The notes below the pieces were generated by a model that was not told the DNA's origin, ran no database searches, and worked only from the letters and a program-made list of their open reading frames with translations. Of a DNA stretch of 64,000 nt, positions 45,624-57,000 are shown piece by piece. A program made the position numbers and the translations under genes. The number at the start of each line of letters is the position of its first letter. Within the stretch, counting starts at the first letter, position 1. The DNA lies in the NCBI GenBank assembly GCA_963845755.1, contig CAWJTV010000033.1, positions 416,001 to 480,000 of the forward strand, written 5' to 3'. Origin of the DNA: an uncultured Planctomycetota bacterium. Its GTDB lineage: Bacteria; Planctomycetota; Planctomycetia; Isosphaerales; Isosphaeraceae.

Positions 45624-46324
45624 ATGAAAGTGGTGCTCGACCTGATTATCGCCTTTCTCGTCCTCGGGCTGACCTACGTACTGACCAGCGAAGGACTTTG
45701 GGGCGCGGCCTTGATGTTCTTCAACGTCCTGTTCGGGGCGATGATCGCCCTCAATTTCTACGAGCCGCTGGCCAAGCTCATCGACTCGACGGGCCTCAAC
45801 TGGGGATTCTCCGACACGCTCTGCTTGCTTCTGCTGTTCTCGGCGTCCGTCATGCTTCTGCGGATGACCGTCGAAACGGTCGCACCCGCCCAGGTGCGGT
45901 TCCCCGTGCCGATCTATCAAATCGGCCGGTTAGTCTTCGGGCTGGGTGGCGCGGCGATCACACTCGCGATCATCATCCTGGCGTTCCACTGTGCACCGAT
46001 CCACAAGAAGATGTTCCAGGCGGTCCAGTACGATACGAGACCGCCGTTCGGACTGGGCCTGGACCATCACTTCCTCGGGCTGTTCCAGAACGAGACCGGA
46101 GGTCCCTTCGCGCAAGTACGGCGCGAGGGCAGCGCGATCCCTTCGGCGAATACGGCGACAAGAACCGGCTGAAGCTCTTCGACCCGAAGGGGGAGTGGCT
46201 GATCAATCACCAGAACGCACGCCCCTACGGGACGGAGACCATCCCGGCATCGGACGAGCCGGCCAAAGGAGGCGGAGCCGAGGGTGGACAGTCCGAGGCG
46301 GCCGCAGGGAGCCCTCCCGCGTAG
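45624..46324 (+). CDS. CvpA-like membrane protein (frameshift ~46115)
   Basis: Four hydrophobic segments; EGLWGAALMFFNVLFGAMIALNFYEPLA. Confidence 0.7.
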
Positions 46325-46420
46325 GGTCCCGTTCACGACGGCGATCGGCTCCGAGTCATCGAAGTGCGGGTGAACCCCCGATCCGGATCGAATCCGGCCG
46401 GGCAAGGGGGATCACGCCGC

Positions 46421-46972
46421 TCATGGCGATTCCGGGAACCCTTTTTCCCCCTTGGCATAGCTCTGGAGCTCCACCAGTTCGAATCGAGATTGAGCTGTCG
46501 TCCCGGCTGCGATCGAAGTATCCAACCGATAGACCGCGACCTGGTTCGTCGTCGTCTCGAAGACATAGAGCGGTGCCCAGCCCGAGCTATATTGCCCGAT
46601 CGAGCCGGTCGTCATCAGGAATTGCGGGTCGGCCCCGGGATACAGGTCGAGCTTGAAGTCCGCCACCAGGTCGCGTTCGGCAAACCCATGGATGAGATGA
46701 GTCGTCCGGCCCGTTTGCCGGTAACTGGGGATCGTCGCGAGCAATCGTGCCCCCCTGTAGTCGAGGAAATACACAGCATCGAGCGGGATCGCAGACTTGG
46801 TCATGTCGTCATAACGCAGCAGCACCGGTCCGGTCGCGACGATCGATTTTCCGGAGCGATCCCCCGCGCCGGCACGCAACACGGCCGGCCGCGAGGCCGC
46901 CCCGAACCAGCCCAGAAGAATCCCCGCAACCAGCACGAATCCGGTCGAAATCCGCGAGCGCAAGCCATCCAT
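46421..46972 (-). CDS. Hypothetical exported protein
   Basis: N-terminal hydrophobic helix; protein-like composition (DAVYFLDY, FAERDLVADF); AAGGAG RBS. Confidence 0.7.
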   Translation of the reverse strand: MDGLRSRISTGFVLVAGILLGWFGAASRPAVLRAGAGDRSGKSIVATGPVLLRYDDMTKSAIPLDAVYFLDYRGARLLATIPSYRQTGRTTHLIHGFAERDLVADFKLDLYPGADPQFLMTTGSIGQYSSGWAPLYVFETTTNQVAVYRLDTSIAAGTTAQSRFELVELQSYAKGEKGFPESP

Positions 46973-47156
46973 GGATTGTCAGCTCCTTCCAGGTAAAGAC
47001 TAGAACTCCCGGCCGGCATTGTGCGACGATCGGATGGATGTGTCCAGATCGCTCATCACCGGTCCTGAGGCCGCGCCTCCGCAGGGAGGCTGAATCCGGG
47101 CTTGCCTCGCCTCTTCAGTCAGTAAGGATTGCCCAGAAACTTGGAGGAGGACCCTG

Positions 47157-48800
47157 ATGTCGTGCTCATGGTGGCTCGTCGGGCTGCTGGTGCTCCCGCT
47201 TCAAGTTCCTCGACCGGACGCGGCGGAAAACGTGGGCCGTCAACTCGAGGCCGCGCGACGGTCGATCCTCGCCCGAGAAACGGCCGATCTGGGGACCTTG
47301 GCCGAAGAATTATCCAGGACGGGCGCCCGACAGGCCGCCGCTGAGGTGCGTGACCGGCTCCCGCATCCCGTGAAGCCGGACGGCGCGACGCGGTTCGTGC
47401 CGTTACCGGATGTCGTGCCGCCTCAACCCGCGAACAAGGCCGGCCCCGGCAAAGCTCGGCTCCTGGAGATTCGATCGCGATCGGCGTCCGAGTTGTTCGA
47501 TCTGGCGAAGCGAGCCGCCGGCTCGGACTCGCCGCGCTTCGCACTGGCGAGCGCATGCCTCCGCGAGGTCCTCGAGCGGCAGCCCGATCACGGGCAGGCG
47601 CGCCGGTTACTGGGCTACGTCTCGCACCAGGGGGGCTGGGCCAGGCCCTACGCGATCCAGCAGCTCCAGAACGGTTACGTCAATCACCCGACGTTCGGCT
47701 GGGTGAAAGCCGACTGGCTGCCCCACCTCGAACGCGGCGAGCTGCCTTCTCCCCCATCTCGGGGCAAAGTCAACTGGCTCCCCGCCACGGATGCTGACCG
47801 GCTCCGAGCCGACTGGAAACCGCCCTGGCAGATCTTCACCGAGCACTTCGAGATCCAGACCAACGTTTCGCTCGCCGATGCCATCGGGTTTGGCCGCCGG
47901 CTGGAAGCCTTGCAAGACCTGTTCATGTCCCTCCTGGCCGACGTCCTGGGCGAGAACCTGCCGCTGGTCCGCCGATTCCGCGAGCCGGCGCTCGTCGGCG
48001 AGCCGGTGAGCAAGCGGCACGTGGTCTACTACTTCGCCTCCAAGCAGCAGTTCGTCGATTACCTCACGCCGAAATACGGAGACGATATCAAGGAGAGTCT
48101 CGGCTTCTTCGATCCTCCCAAGGCGGCCCGCGGCGGTCGCGCACCGGCCTACTTCTACTACTACGCCGATGGACAGCTCCCGGTCGAGGCCAACCTGTAT
48201 CACGAAGTCTCGCACCAGCTCCTCTTCGAGATGGCCGGCCGGAACGCCTATACCGCGAACTTCGGCAACTACTGGGTCTTCGAGGGGCTGGGTACGTATT
48301 TCGAAACGATCGAGCCGCAGCCGGATGGGTCGCTCGAAGTCGGCGGGCTGGTTGGACGCCGCGTCGAAGAGGCGATCAAATCCCTGGTGGACCAGGAACA
48401 GGTGATCCCGCTCGCCGAGTTCGTGGCGCTCGGAGAGAAGCCCTTCATGAACCCGGACCGTCGGCGTTTTCTCCGCTACCAGCAGGCCGAGGCGCTGACG
48501 GTTTTCCTGATGCAGTGGCACGAGGGGACCTACCGCGCGGGCTTTTTCGACTATATCCGCGACGCCTATCGCGGGCGGATCAAGCGCGGGTCGGGACGAA
48601 CGCTGGTGGACCGCCTGGGCCAGCCGTATTCCACGCTCGAGGCCCAGTTCCTGGCCTTCCTCAAGGATGGCCGGGCGCGTGCCCACGCGCCGGAGCCGGA
48701 CAAGTCGGCTTCACACGGCTCCATCCGGACCGTGCCAGCCCCCGAGCCGGCCAAGCCCGCCTCGGCGGGATCGATCCGGACTGTCCCGAAATCCCAGTAA
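47157..48800 (+). CDS. DUF1570-type putative zinc metallopeptidase, exported
   Basis: LYHEVSHQLL (HExxH) and WVFEGLGTYFE; signal peptide; GGAGG RBS. Confidence 0.82.
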   Translation: MSCSWWLVGLLVLPLQVPRPDAAENVGRQLEAARRSILARETADLGTLAEELSRTGARQAAAEVRDRLPHPVKPDGATRFVPLPDVVPPQPANKAGPGKARLLEIRSRSASELFDLAKRAAGSDSPRFALASACLREVLERQPDHGQARRLLGYVSHQGGWARPYAIQQLQNGYVNHPTFGWVKADWLPHLERGELPSPPSRGKVNWLPATDADRLRADWKPPWQIFTEHFEIQTNVSLADAIGFGRRLEALQDLFMSLLADVLGENLPLVRRFREPALVGEPVSKRHVVYYFASKQQFVDYLTPKYGDDIKESLGFFDPPKAARGGRAPAYFYYYADGQLPVEANLYHEVSHQLLFEMAGRNAYTANFGNYWVFEGLGTYFETIEPQPDGSLEVGGLVGRRVEEAIKSLVDQEQVIPLAEFVALGEKPFMNPDRRRFLRYQQAEALTVFLMQWHEGTYRAGFFDYIRDAYRGRIKRGSGRTLVDRLGQPYSTLEAQFLAFLKDGRARAHAPEPDKSASHGSIRTVPAPEPAKPASAGSIRTVPKSQ

Positions 48801-48813
48801 GCGGGCGGCGCGA

Positions 48814-49056
48814 TTACTCGCCGACATAGGGGAGCAGTGCCATGAACCGTGCGCGCTTGACGGCCGCGCTGGAGGCGCGCTGGAACGCCGCGCAACTGCC
48901 GCTGCGCTTGCGAGAAAACATCTTGTTCTGGTTGGTGCACAGCTTCTTGAGGAGGCCGACGTCCTTGTAGTCCACGTAGGCCGGCCGAGGGCAACCCTCG
49001 GGTGTGCAGAAACGGCAGCGATTCTTGCGGTTGCGTCCGAACTTCTTCCGCGGCAT
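48814..49056 (-). CDS. rpsR: 30S ribosomal protein S18
   Basis: CRFC...VDYKDV.LL...SRKRSG.CA..QR....AVKRARFMALLPYV. Confidence 0.96.
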   Translation of the reverse strand: MPRKKFGRNRKNRCRFCTPEGCPRPAYVDYKDVGLLKKLCTNQNKMFSRKRSGSCAAFQRASSAAVKRARFMALLPYVGE

Positions 49057-49207
49057 AACCCGTTTTTCCTCAGTCGTTTATGTTCAAGAGCCTCGCTCAG
49101 GGAAGGCGCGCGTCACGACCGGGCGGCCGTAACAACGCGAAACTTTGAGGTTACGCGCGAATCGATCGCTCGTCAAGCCCAGCGCGGCAGGAGTTATCAC
49201 CAGCCGC

Positions 49208-49762
49208 TCAAGGTTGCAACCAGTTTTCGCAGCGCAGGTTGGGGACCAGCGAATAGTCACGCAAGTTGGCCGTGATGAAGAGTGCATCATGGACCAGGGC
49301 GATCGACGCGATCTTGAGATCCATGGTACCGATGCGGATCCCTTGCCGGCGCAGACCTGCGCACATGTCCGCCGCACGATCGTCGAAAGGCACGATCTCC
49401 CAATCGCTCAGGACGTTGAACAGTTGCCCCAGGCGGAAATAGGCAGGAGGCTGCCTGCGGATGTCGCGCAGCCTGTGAATGAGGGCCAGCCACCCGCGAA
49501 GCAGCTCTTCCACACTCACGATCGTGCAGGCGACGGGCCCCAAGGCCGCTTCCATTCGCGTGCTCAACAACTCATGCCGCGGGTCGCGTCCATCAGTAGG
49601 GTTGTTCCGTAATAAGGGAGTTTTTCGTCGCAAGTCGTTGAAGGACATCACCTTGTGGGAAACGGTGCTGCTCGCCGTAAGACATTGTCACCAAACGAGT
49701 TGCGACTATTGCAGAACAACCCTAGTGAAAACAGAAAGGTGGTCGGTGTCGAGTAAGATCAC
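49208..49762 (-). pseudogene. vapC: VapC/PIN toxin interrupted by a MITE
   Basis: VILLDTDHLSVFT | insertion | DGRDPRH...SVEELLRG...IGTMDLKIASIAL...TANLRDY; GTG start overlaps the antitoxin stop. Confidence 0.88.
49598..49723. mobile_element. 126-bp MITE / internally deleted IS
   Basis: Termini AGGGTTGTTCCGTAATA / TATTGCAGAACAACCCT (2 mismatches), flanked by AGT direct repeats; removal restores the vapC frame. Confidence 0.88.
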
Positions 49763-49989
49763 GACTGGGTTTGCGGCTTTTTCCGGCTCCGCGATCGGGC
49801 TCGCTTCCTGTCGGCGTTGCGAACCTTGCGGCCTTCCTCGAAGACCTGCTTCATGAAATCATCTCCAGTGAACGCCCCTCGCGTGCGGCGCCAATCCTTC
49901 GCACGTCCCGTCCCTTCTGGATTGGCAAGCAAGGAACTCACCTGTCGCTCCAAGGCTGCCACCCGCTCTTCAAGCGTCGGTCGGGACAT
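49759..49989 (-). CDS. Putative antitoxin
   Basis: 76-aa ORF TLEERVAALE...DWRRTRGAFTGDD directly upstream of and overlapping vapC; GGAGGAG RBS. Confidence 0.75.
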   Translation of the reverse strand: MSRPTLEERVAALERQVSSLLANPEGTGRAKDWRRTRGAFTGDDFMKQVFEEGRKVRNADRKRARSRSRKKPQTQS

Positions 49990-50293
49990 GAACGGACTCC
50001 TCCATCAAAGCAAACGACGTCACGCTCATTCTCGCGACGCCTGCCACGTGAGGCAAGAGAAACCAATGCGCGGGTCCCCAAAGGTGGTCCGGAGCCGTTA
50101 TCGATTCGTTGTTCTTGTCCGAAGGAAGTACCACAATGGTTCCCGGACCCCGTTTCTCGTCACATGACGTGAGGCACGCTCGGCATGTGCGAAAACCATT
50201 GAGAATGCACCTGGCTGCGGCCACAACGGCGGCGATTCGACCTCAATTGGAGATTCAAGGGCTGCCAGCGGGGAACAACTGGTGCCAAATGAA

Positions 50294-50322
50294 GGGACGT
50301 GCCCGGAGTCTCCGGGCACGTC
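50294..50322. terminator. Hairpin downstream of the SPFH gene
   Basis: GACGTGCCCGGAG-T-CTCCGGGCACGTC perfect stem. Confidence 0.5.
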
Positions 50323-50374
50323 GGGGTCGGCGGAACGCCGAATGGCAGACGCAATGACCCAGGACGGCGATGGG

Positions 50375-52609
50375 TCAGGCACCGTCCGGACGGACATCGA
50401 GGCCATCGAGACGCGAGGTCGTCCCGACCGAGGCGACGGTCGGGGGCGGCGTCCCGTTGCTGCGGGGTTCGGCTGGCGTGGCGCCCATGGCACCGACGGC
50501 CTGCTGGATCGACTCCATCGCCTGGCGGGTCACCTGTTCGGTGAACGCGCTGAGCTCCGACCCCGCCGGGTGCTCGGCCATCTGGAAGCCCGACTTCTCG
50601 GCGACCAGTAGGCTCAGGAGCAGGCCCATCAGCCCGCTGCCGGCGACCGCGCCCCGCCGGTCAGCATATTCTCGCCACCCGTGCCATTGCCGCCCGCCCC
50701 TCCGGCGATGAAGACACGCTCGGGGACCAACGGCTGGGTGCACTTGGCCAGGTTCTGGGCCACGATCGACAGCGCGTAGAGCCGCGGGTCCGAGAACGAC
50801 TGAATCTTCTGGACAAGCACCGACGCCTCGGATAACCCTTCCTGGAGGATCCGCGCACCTTCACCGCGACCGGCCAGGATCCGCTGCTGGCTCTCGGCCT
50901 GGGCCGTCACGACCACCTGCTCGGCCTGCTTGCGAGCCCGGGCAAGCTGGGCCTCGGCCTCGTTCTCGGCGATGCGGATCTGCACCAGCGAGTTGGAGAG
51001 CTGGGTCTGCATCTGCGCCTGGGCCTGGGCCTCGTTGAGCACCCGGAGGTTCTGGGCCGCGGTGACCTGCTTCGAGTAGGTCTCGACCTGCTCGAGCGAC
51101 AGTTGGCGGAGCCGCAATTGTTCGAGCAGGGTCTCGATCTTGCCACCGGCCTGCTCGGTGTCGGGCTTACCGATCAGGACGTCGACGCACTCGATATCGA
51201 AGTTGTGGAACTTCCGGCCGAGCTCGCTGCTGGACTCGTGCTGGATCGAGTCGCGGTCCTGGAGCAGCTCGAGCATCGTCCGCTTGTGCGCGACATCGCG
51301 GAAGTAGGCGCTGAGCATCGGGTCGAGCGTCTGGGTGATCAGCTTCTTGACGTCGCCGAACCGCTGGATCACGTTCGGGCGCCTTCTGGTAGTCGATATG
51401 GACGACGACCGACAGCGGCAAGGTCGGCTCGTAGGCATCCTTGGTCACCAGGTCGATCGATCGCAGGCTCTCGTCGTAGCGATGCGACTCGGTCCGGCCG
51501 GTGACCCAGTGCAGGACGAAGTTCGTCGTCGGCACCAGGACGATATTCCCCGCATAGGTGTTGAACGCATACTTGCCCGGGCCGAGCGGCTTCTCCAGGA
51601 CGCCGCGCTCGCCCTCGGCAACCCGTTCGCCATGGCGGAACGCCTGGCCCGAGAGGTCCTGGCCGCTCCGGCCGTAATAGCTGACCACCACGCCCACGTA
51701 GCCGATCGGGACGATCGTCTTGGGGATCGATTCGATGCTGGCGAACCATCGGTTGATGAAGTAGGTCCCGTCGGTCAATGGGACGTACTGCAACCCCCGA
51801 CGGCCGCCGGCGCGAAGGAACGCCTCGGGGTCCTGGAAGTTGTTATGGAAGTCCTTGTCGTTGCGGTCGTATCCCACCGCCGGTGCGATGATCTCGCCGG
51901 GCGGCAGCGAAGGTCCGTCGTGGATCGTCACGATCCCCATGCTGTCGACCATCGTGGTCCGGCCGGGAGTCAGCGGGTCGGGCGACTCGATCGGGCCGCC
52001 GATGATCACCGGGCTGAACCCATCAACCTCACTCAGCTCGTTCTGCCAGTTGACCAGCGCCTTGAGCTCCTTCGAGCCCCCGGTCTCGAGGCGATAGACG
52101 GTGTCCTCGGTGATGACCATGAACAGGGCGAGGTTGATGGCATAGACGCCCTCGCGGAGGATCGCCCGCTGCCGTCCCCGCTGACCGACCACCGGCTCCT
52201 GCTCGGGACCCCCGGTCTCCCCGCCGAGGAACCGGCGAGCATCCTGGAAATGGTTGCAGGGAATGACCTGGCCGAGCGTCTGGCTCGGCAGCAGGGCTTC
52301 TCCGTCCCTCGCGTAGAGATAGCCAATCTTCCCTTGCGGCACGGTGACCAGCGGCAGCTTGTGAATGCGGTACTGCCACCGCCAGAGGCCGAAATGCAAG
52401 CCACCGCGGAGCACCTCCGCCTGGAACCCCGCTTCCCCTTCCAGGGCGATGATACCCCCTTCCGGCACCGACCCCTTGTATGACCAGAGCTTCTCGACAA
52501 TCCCGACACGGTTGTTCGCGATGTAACGGACCCCGACGAGTTCGCACGCCACAATCACCAGTGCGACCGCGCCGAGCACCCAGAATAGGCCTGCCGGTAA
52601 CGGCGGCAT
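50375..52609 (-). CDS. SPFH / flotillin-like membrane protein (frameshifts ~51375, ~50655; start uncertain)
   Basis: TM then YIANNRVGIVEKLWS, LGPGKYAFNTY, VIQRFGDVKKLITQTLDPMLSAYFRD, coiled-coil AQA region. Confidence 0.85.
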
Positions 52610-52975
52610 CGCGGCGAACAACGACGGCAAGCCCAACGTGACAGTCTCCGAAAGGCGAGAGGCCACGCACCCATCCACTAGCGACCCCACGGCTCGACTC
52701 CTCGGTGAACGGACAGACCTGGGGATGACCGCTCCAACCGGAACATCCCGGCAGGAGCTCCGGTCCCTCGCAGCCTACCCGACCATGCGGGACTCCGAAG
52801 TCGTTCAATCCCCCGGAGTTGACGGTTATTCGTCCCCGGCGTGGAATATTCGAGAAAACCGCCGGCGGTTCTCAGCACACCGGGAAGAACGTAGTTCAGG
52901 CTTTCCCGCATGACGCATTGGGGAGTCAGGCCGGAAAGCCTGACGGACTCGTGGCGCTTTGAGTAGGATCTCGCG

Positions 52976-53963
52976 ATGTCCCGAACCCTGACCCTGTCGT
53001 TCGAGTTGCTGGAGGCGTTTGTCGCGCTGATCCGGTCCGGCGGCGACGCCGCCCAGGCGATGCGCGCCCTCGGGATCAACCAGCCGGCGATGTCCAAGCG
53101 GCTGCGGCACGTGCAGCACGCCGGGCCGCTGCTGGACCGGCCGTGGGTCGTCCGGCACGGGAAGACCTGGGAGCTGACCGACGAGGGGAAGCGCGTCTGG
53201 CCGGCCGTGCTGGAGCTGGTGGAGCGTCACGAGAACTTGCAGGAGTTCCTCGGAAAAGCCGGCGCGGAGCCGGTCCCCACCGCCGTCCGTTTCGCCTGCG
53301 GGCAACAGATCGTCGCCGGGCTGGTGCGGCAGGCGCTCCATTTGTTCCGCAAAGAGCATCCTCAGGCGGCCTTGTGGATCACAACCCTCCGGGGTCGGGC
53401 GCGGATCGAGGGCGTCTCCAACGGCTCGCTCGACCTGGCGATCGTCACGCATGATGAGCCATCCATCCAAGAGATCGCCCGCCGGCCCCTCCACATCGAG
53501 CCCCTCGCTTCGCACCGACTCGTCCTCGTCGGCGCGAACGATTCTCCCTGGCACCGGGGTCTCCGGGCTCTCTCCAAGACCGGAGTTGATCCCGAGGCCC
53601 TCGCACGGTTCCCATTGATCCTTCCGGAGCCCGACGCCGGGATCCGGCAAGAGCTCGACGCGATCCTGCGTCGCACCGACGTGCTGGGGCAGTTGACCGT
53701 TGCGCTGGAGATCGGTGGCTGGAGAGCCATCCTGGCCTACGTGTCGCGATCGGTTCGGAGTCGGCATCGTTAGCGATGCCGTCCTGGCCGGCGAGAACGA
53801 CCTGATCATCCGGCCGCTCGACCCGGCCATTTTTCCGCCGATCCCGTCCCATTTGATCTGTCGCCGCGCCACCGGCAGAAAAGCGGGCGTCGATCTCTCC
53901 GACGACGCACTCGCATGGCGTAAAGCACTCATGCGAGCGGCCGAGATCAGGCCGGGCTCGTGA
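52976..53963 (+). CDS. LysR family transcriptional regulator (frameshift ~53745)
   Basis: LLEAFVAL...ALGINQPAMSKRL..LTDEG; NGSLDLAI; ALEIGGWRAILAYV..GVGIVS. Confidence 0.88.
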
Positions 53964-54047
53964 CGGGCCCCCAAAGACCGAGATCAACGATAAATTTCGT
54001 TCTTTTCCTCGACGCACGCCGTATAATAGACGCGCCAATCCAGACCC

Positions 54048-57000
54048 ATGTCCGATCCCACGCGAGGAGCAGGCGTCATGACCCTGGGGACGCAGACGCA
54101 ACCGCAAGGCAAGCTACTGGATTACGAGCAATTCATCGACCATCAGCTCCAGCGCACCCGCAAGCGAATCAAGTTCACTGACATCTCGACGGCATGCTTG
54201 ACGCTCCTGGTGGGCTTCCTGGCGGTCTTGTTCCTGGAAGTGGTGTTCGACCACGTCTTCGGCATGCCGTTCTGGGCGCGTTGGATCATCCTCGTCTCCG
54301 GCTTGATGACGATCGTCGTCTATTCCGCGTTCCGGATCGTGACTCCCCTGGTGCGGCGCATCAACGCCCTCTACGCCGCCAAGACCATCGAAGGGTCTGA
54401 GCCGGCCTTCAAGAACAGCCTCATCAATTACCTCGAACTCCGGCGCAATCGTACGCAAATGTCCAAGGCCGTGCTGGCTACGCTCGAGTCGCGCGCCGTC
54501 AATGACTTGACTCTGGTCGATGTCGAGGCCGCGGTCAATCAGCAGCGGATGATGCATACGTGGTATATTCTCACGGCGGTGCTCGTGGTCTTCGCCTTGT
54601 ACTGGGCATTCGCGCCCAAGAATCCATATGACTCGATCCGCCGCGCGTTCCTCTCCGACATCGCGCGTCCCACCAATACCCGGCTGGACAACATCAAGCC
54701 GGGCGACGTACCTGAGCTCTCCAAGATCGTCGCCGGATCCCTCGTCAGTTTCGAGGTCAACGTCCAGGGCACACGACCCGAGAAGGTGCTGTTGCACCAC
54801 AGCACGGACGGCGGCAAATTCTTCGCGATCAAGGAATTCGCGCACGGGTAAGAATGAATACGATCCCTGGCAGTTCCCGATGACGAACGTCCAGCAGAGC
54901 ATGGATTACTACCTGACCGCCGCGGATGCCGAATCGCGGCGATATCACCTCGAAGTCATCGCGGCCCCGACCATCAACACGATCTCGCACGACCTCATCT
55001 TTCCCCCCTACACCAAGATCGAGCCGAGCTACGGCCAGGAGGGTGGCCAGATCGAGGCGATCGAGGGCACGAAAGTCATCGTGCACGCCCAGACCAACAT
55101 GCCGGTCGAGCGTGCAGCGATCAACCTCTCCTACCATATAGCACCGGTCACGATGGATGTGTCTCGTGACGAACCGACCGAATTGACAGGTACGTTCGAG
55201 GTCAAGAAGTCGGGGACCTACAAGATCGATTTCCGGGCGACCGGGAATCACTTGAATCCCAGTCCGGTCAACTACGACGTCTTTGCGCTTCCGGACCGTC
55301 CCCCGACCGTGCGGTTCGTCCAGCCCGCGCAGCCGAATATCAAGGTCCCTGCCAACGTCAAGGTCGAGCTGGTCGTCAACGGCAAGGACGATCACGGCGT
55401 CAAGGACGCCACGCTCCACATCCGGCTGAAGAATGAGGACCTGGTCAACGAGAACCTGCTGGAGAACCAGGAGCCGCGTCCCGAATTCCGCGCCAGGAAG
55501 TCGCTCGACCTCGCCCAGCTCCGCGTCAAGGAAGGGGACATCCTCTCCTACTGGCTCACGGCGCGCGATAACAAGGACCCGAGCCCCAATCGGGTCGATA
55601 CCGTACACCAGACCATCGAGGTCACAGCCCCGGCAACGCCCGAGGCGAAGAGAAACTTCGAGGCGGCGCAGAAGAAGGACGCCGAGCCGCCCGATCAGCT
55701 CCCACCCGCCAAGCGGGACGAGCTCGCGCCGGGTGAGACTTCTCAAGAAACGCCTCCCCCAGCAGACGGGCCGAACGCTCGCCCCACCCCGCCGGAGACC
55801 ACACCCAATCCCGGACAGAACCCTCCGGCAGGAAATCCGGGCACCGGGATCAGTGCCCCTGGGGAAGAGACCGCGGATCGCCAGCCAGGCCCCGAGCAAA
55901 ACGACCAAGGCCAAGGCCCGTTCACTCCCGACGAACTGAAAAAGCTCGCCCCAGCTCTGAATGAACTCAACCGCCAGAACAACCAGGCGGGCCAGCCGAA
56001 GGGCAATAATGCCTCGGGCGCTCCACAGCCGGGCGCGAATCCGGCCAACAACGCGACCAATCCCAACAATCCCAACACAGCCCCGGCCAAGGTTAACGCG
56101 AATCCACCCAACAACGGGACCAACCCCGGTGGCACAAATTCCGCGGCCCCGCAGCAACCCGCTACACCAGGCCAGCCGAGCAATGGCCAGAATCCGCAAA
56201 ACAATGCCAACCCGGGCGATGGGACCCAGGTCCAGCAAGGGATCCGCGCGAATAATCAGCCTCCCCAGGCCAATCCGGACCCCAACACCAATCCGAACCC
56301 CGGCCCCCGCCCACAAGGCGGAGCCGATCATGTAAGTCCGGCGCAACCCAATGCCACCAACCCCCAGCAGGGACCCAACGCCGCCAATCCCCAGCAAGGG
56401 CCCAACGCCGCTAATCCTCAACAAGGGATGAACAAGACGGGGAATCCCCAGCAGGGACCCAACGCCGCCAATCCCCAGCAAGGGCCCAACGCCGCTAATC
56501 CTCAGCAAGGGATGAACAAGACTGGGAATCCTCAGCAGGGACCCAACGCCGCCAATCCCCAACAGGGACCTAACGCCACCAACCCCCAGCAAGGGACCCA
56601 ACGCCGCCAATCCCCAACAGGGACCCAACGCCGCTAATCCTCAGCAAGGGATGAACAAGACTGGAATCCTCAACAGGGACCCAACGCCGCTAATCCCCAA
56701 CAGGGGCCCAACGCCGCCAATCCCCAGCAAGGGCCCAACGCCGCCAATCCCCAGCAAGGGCCCAACGCCGCCAATCCCCAACAGGGACCCAACGCCGCTA
56801 ATCCTCAGCAAGGGATGAACAAGACTGGGAATCCTCAGCAGGGACCCAACGCCGCTAATCCCCAGCAGGGGCCCAACGCCGCCAATCCCCAGCAAGGGCC
56901 CAACGCCGCCAATCCCCAACAGGGACCCAACGCCGCTAATCCTCAGCAAGGGATGAACAAGACTGAGAATCCTCAACAGGGACCCAACGCCGCTAATCCC

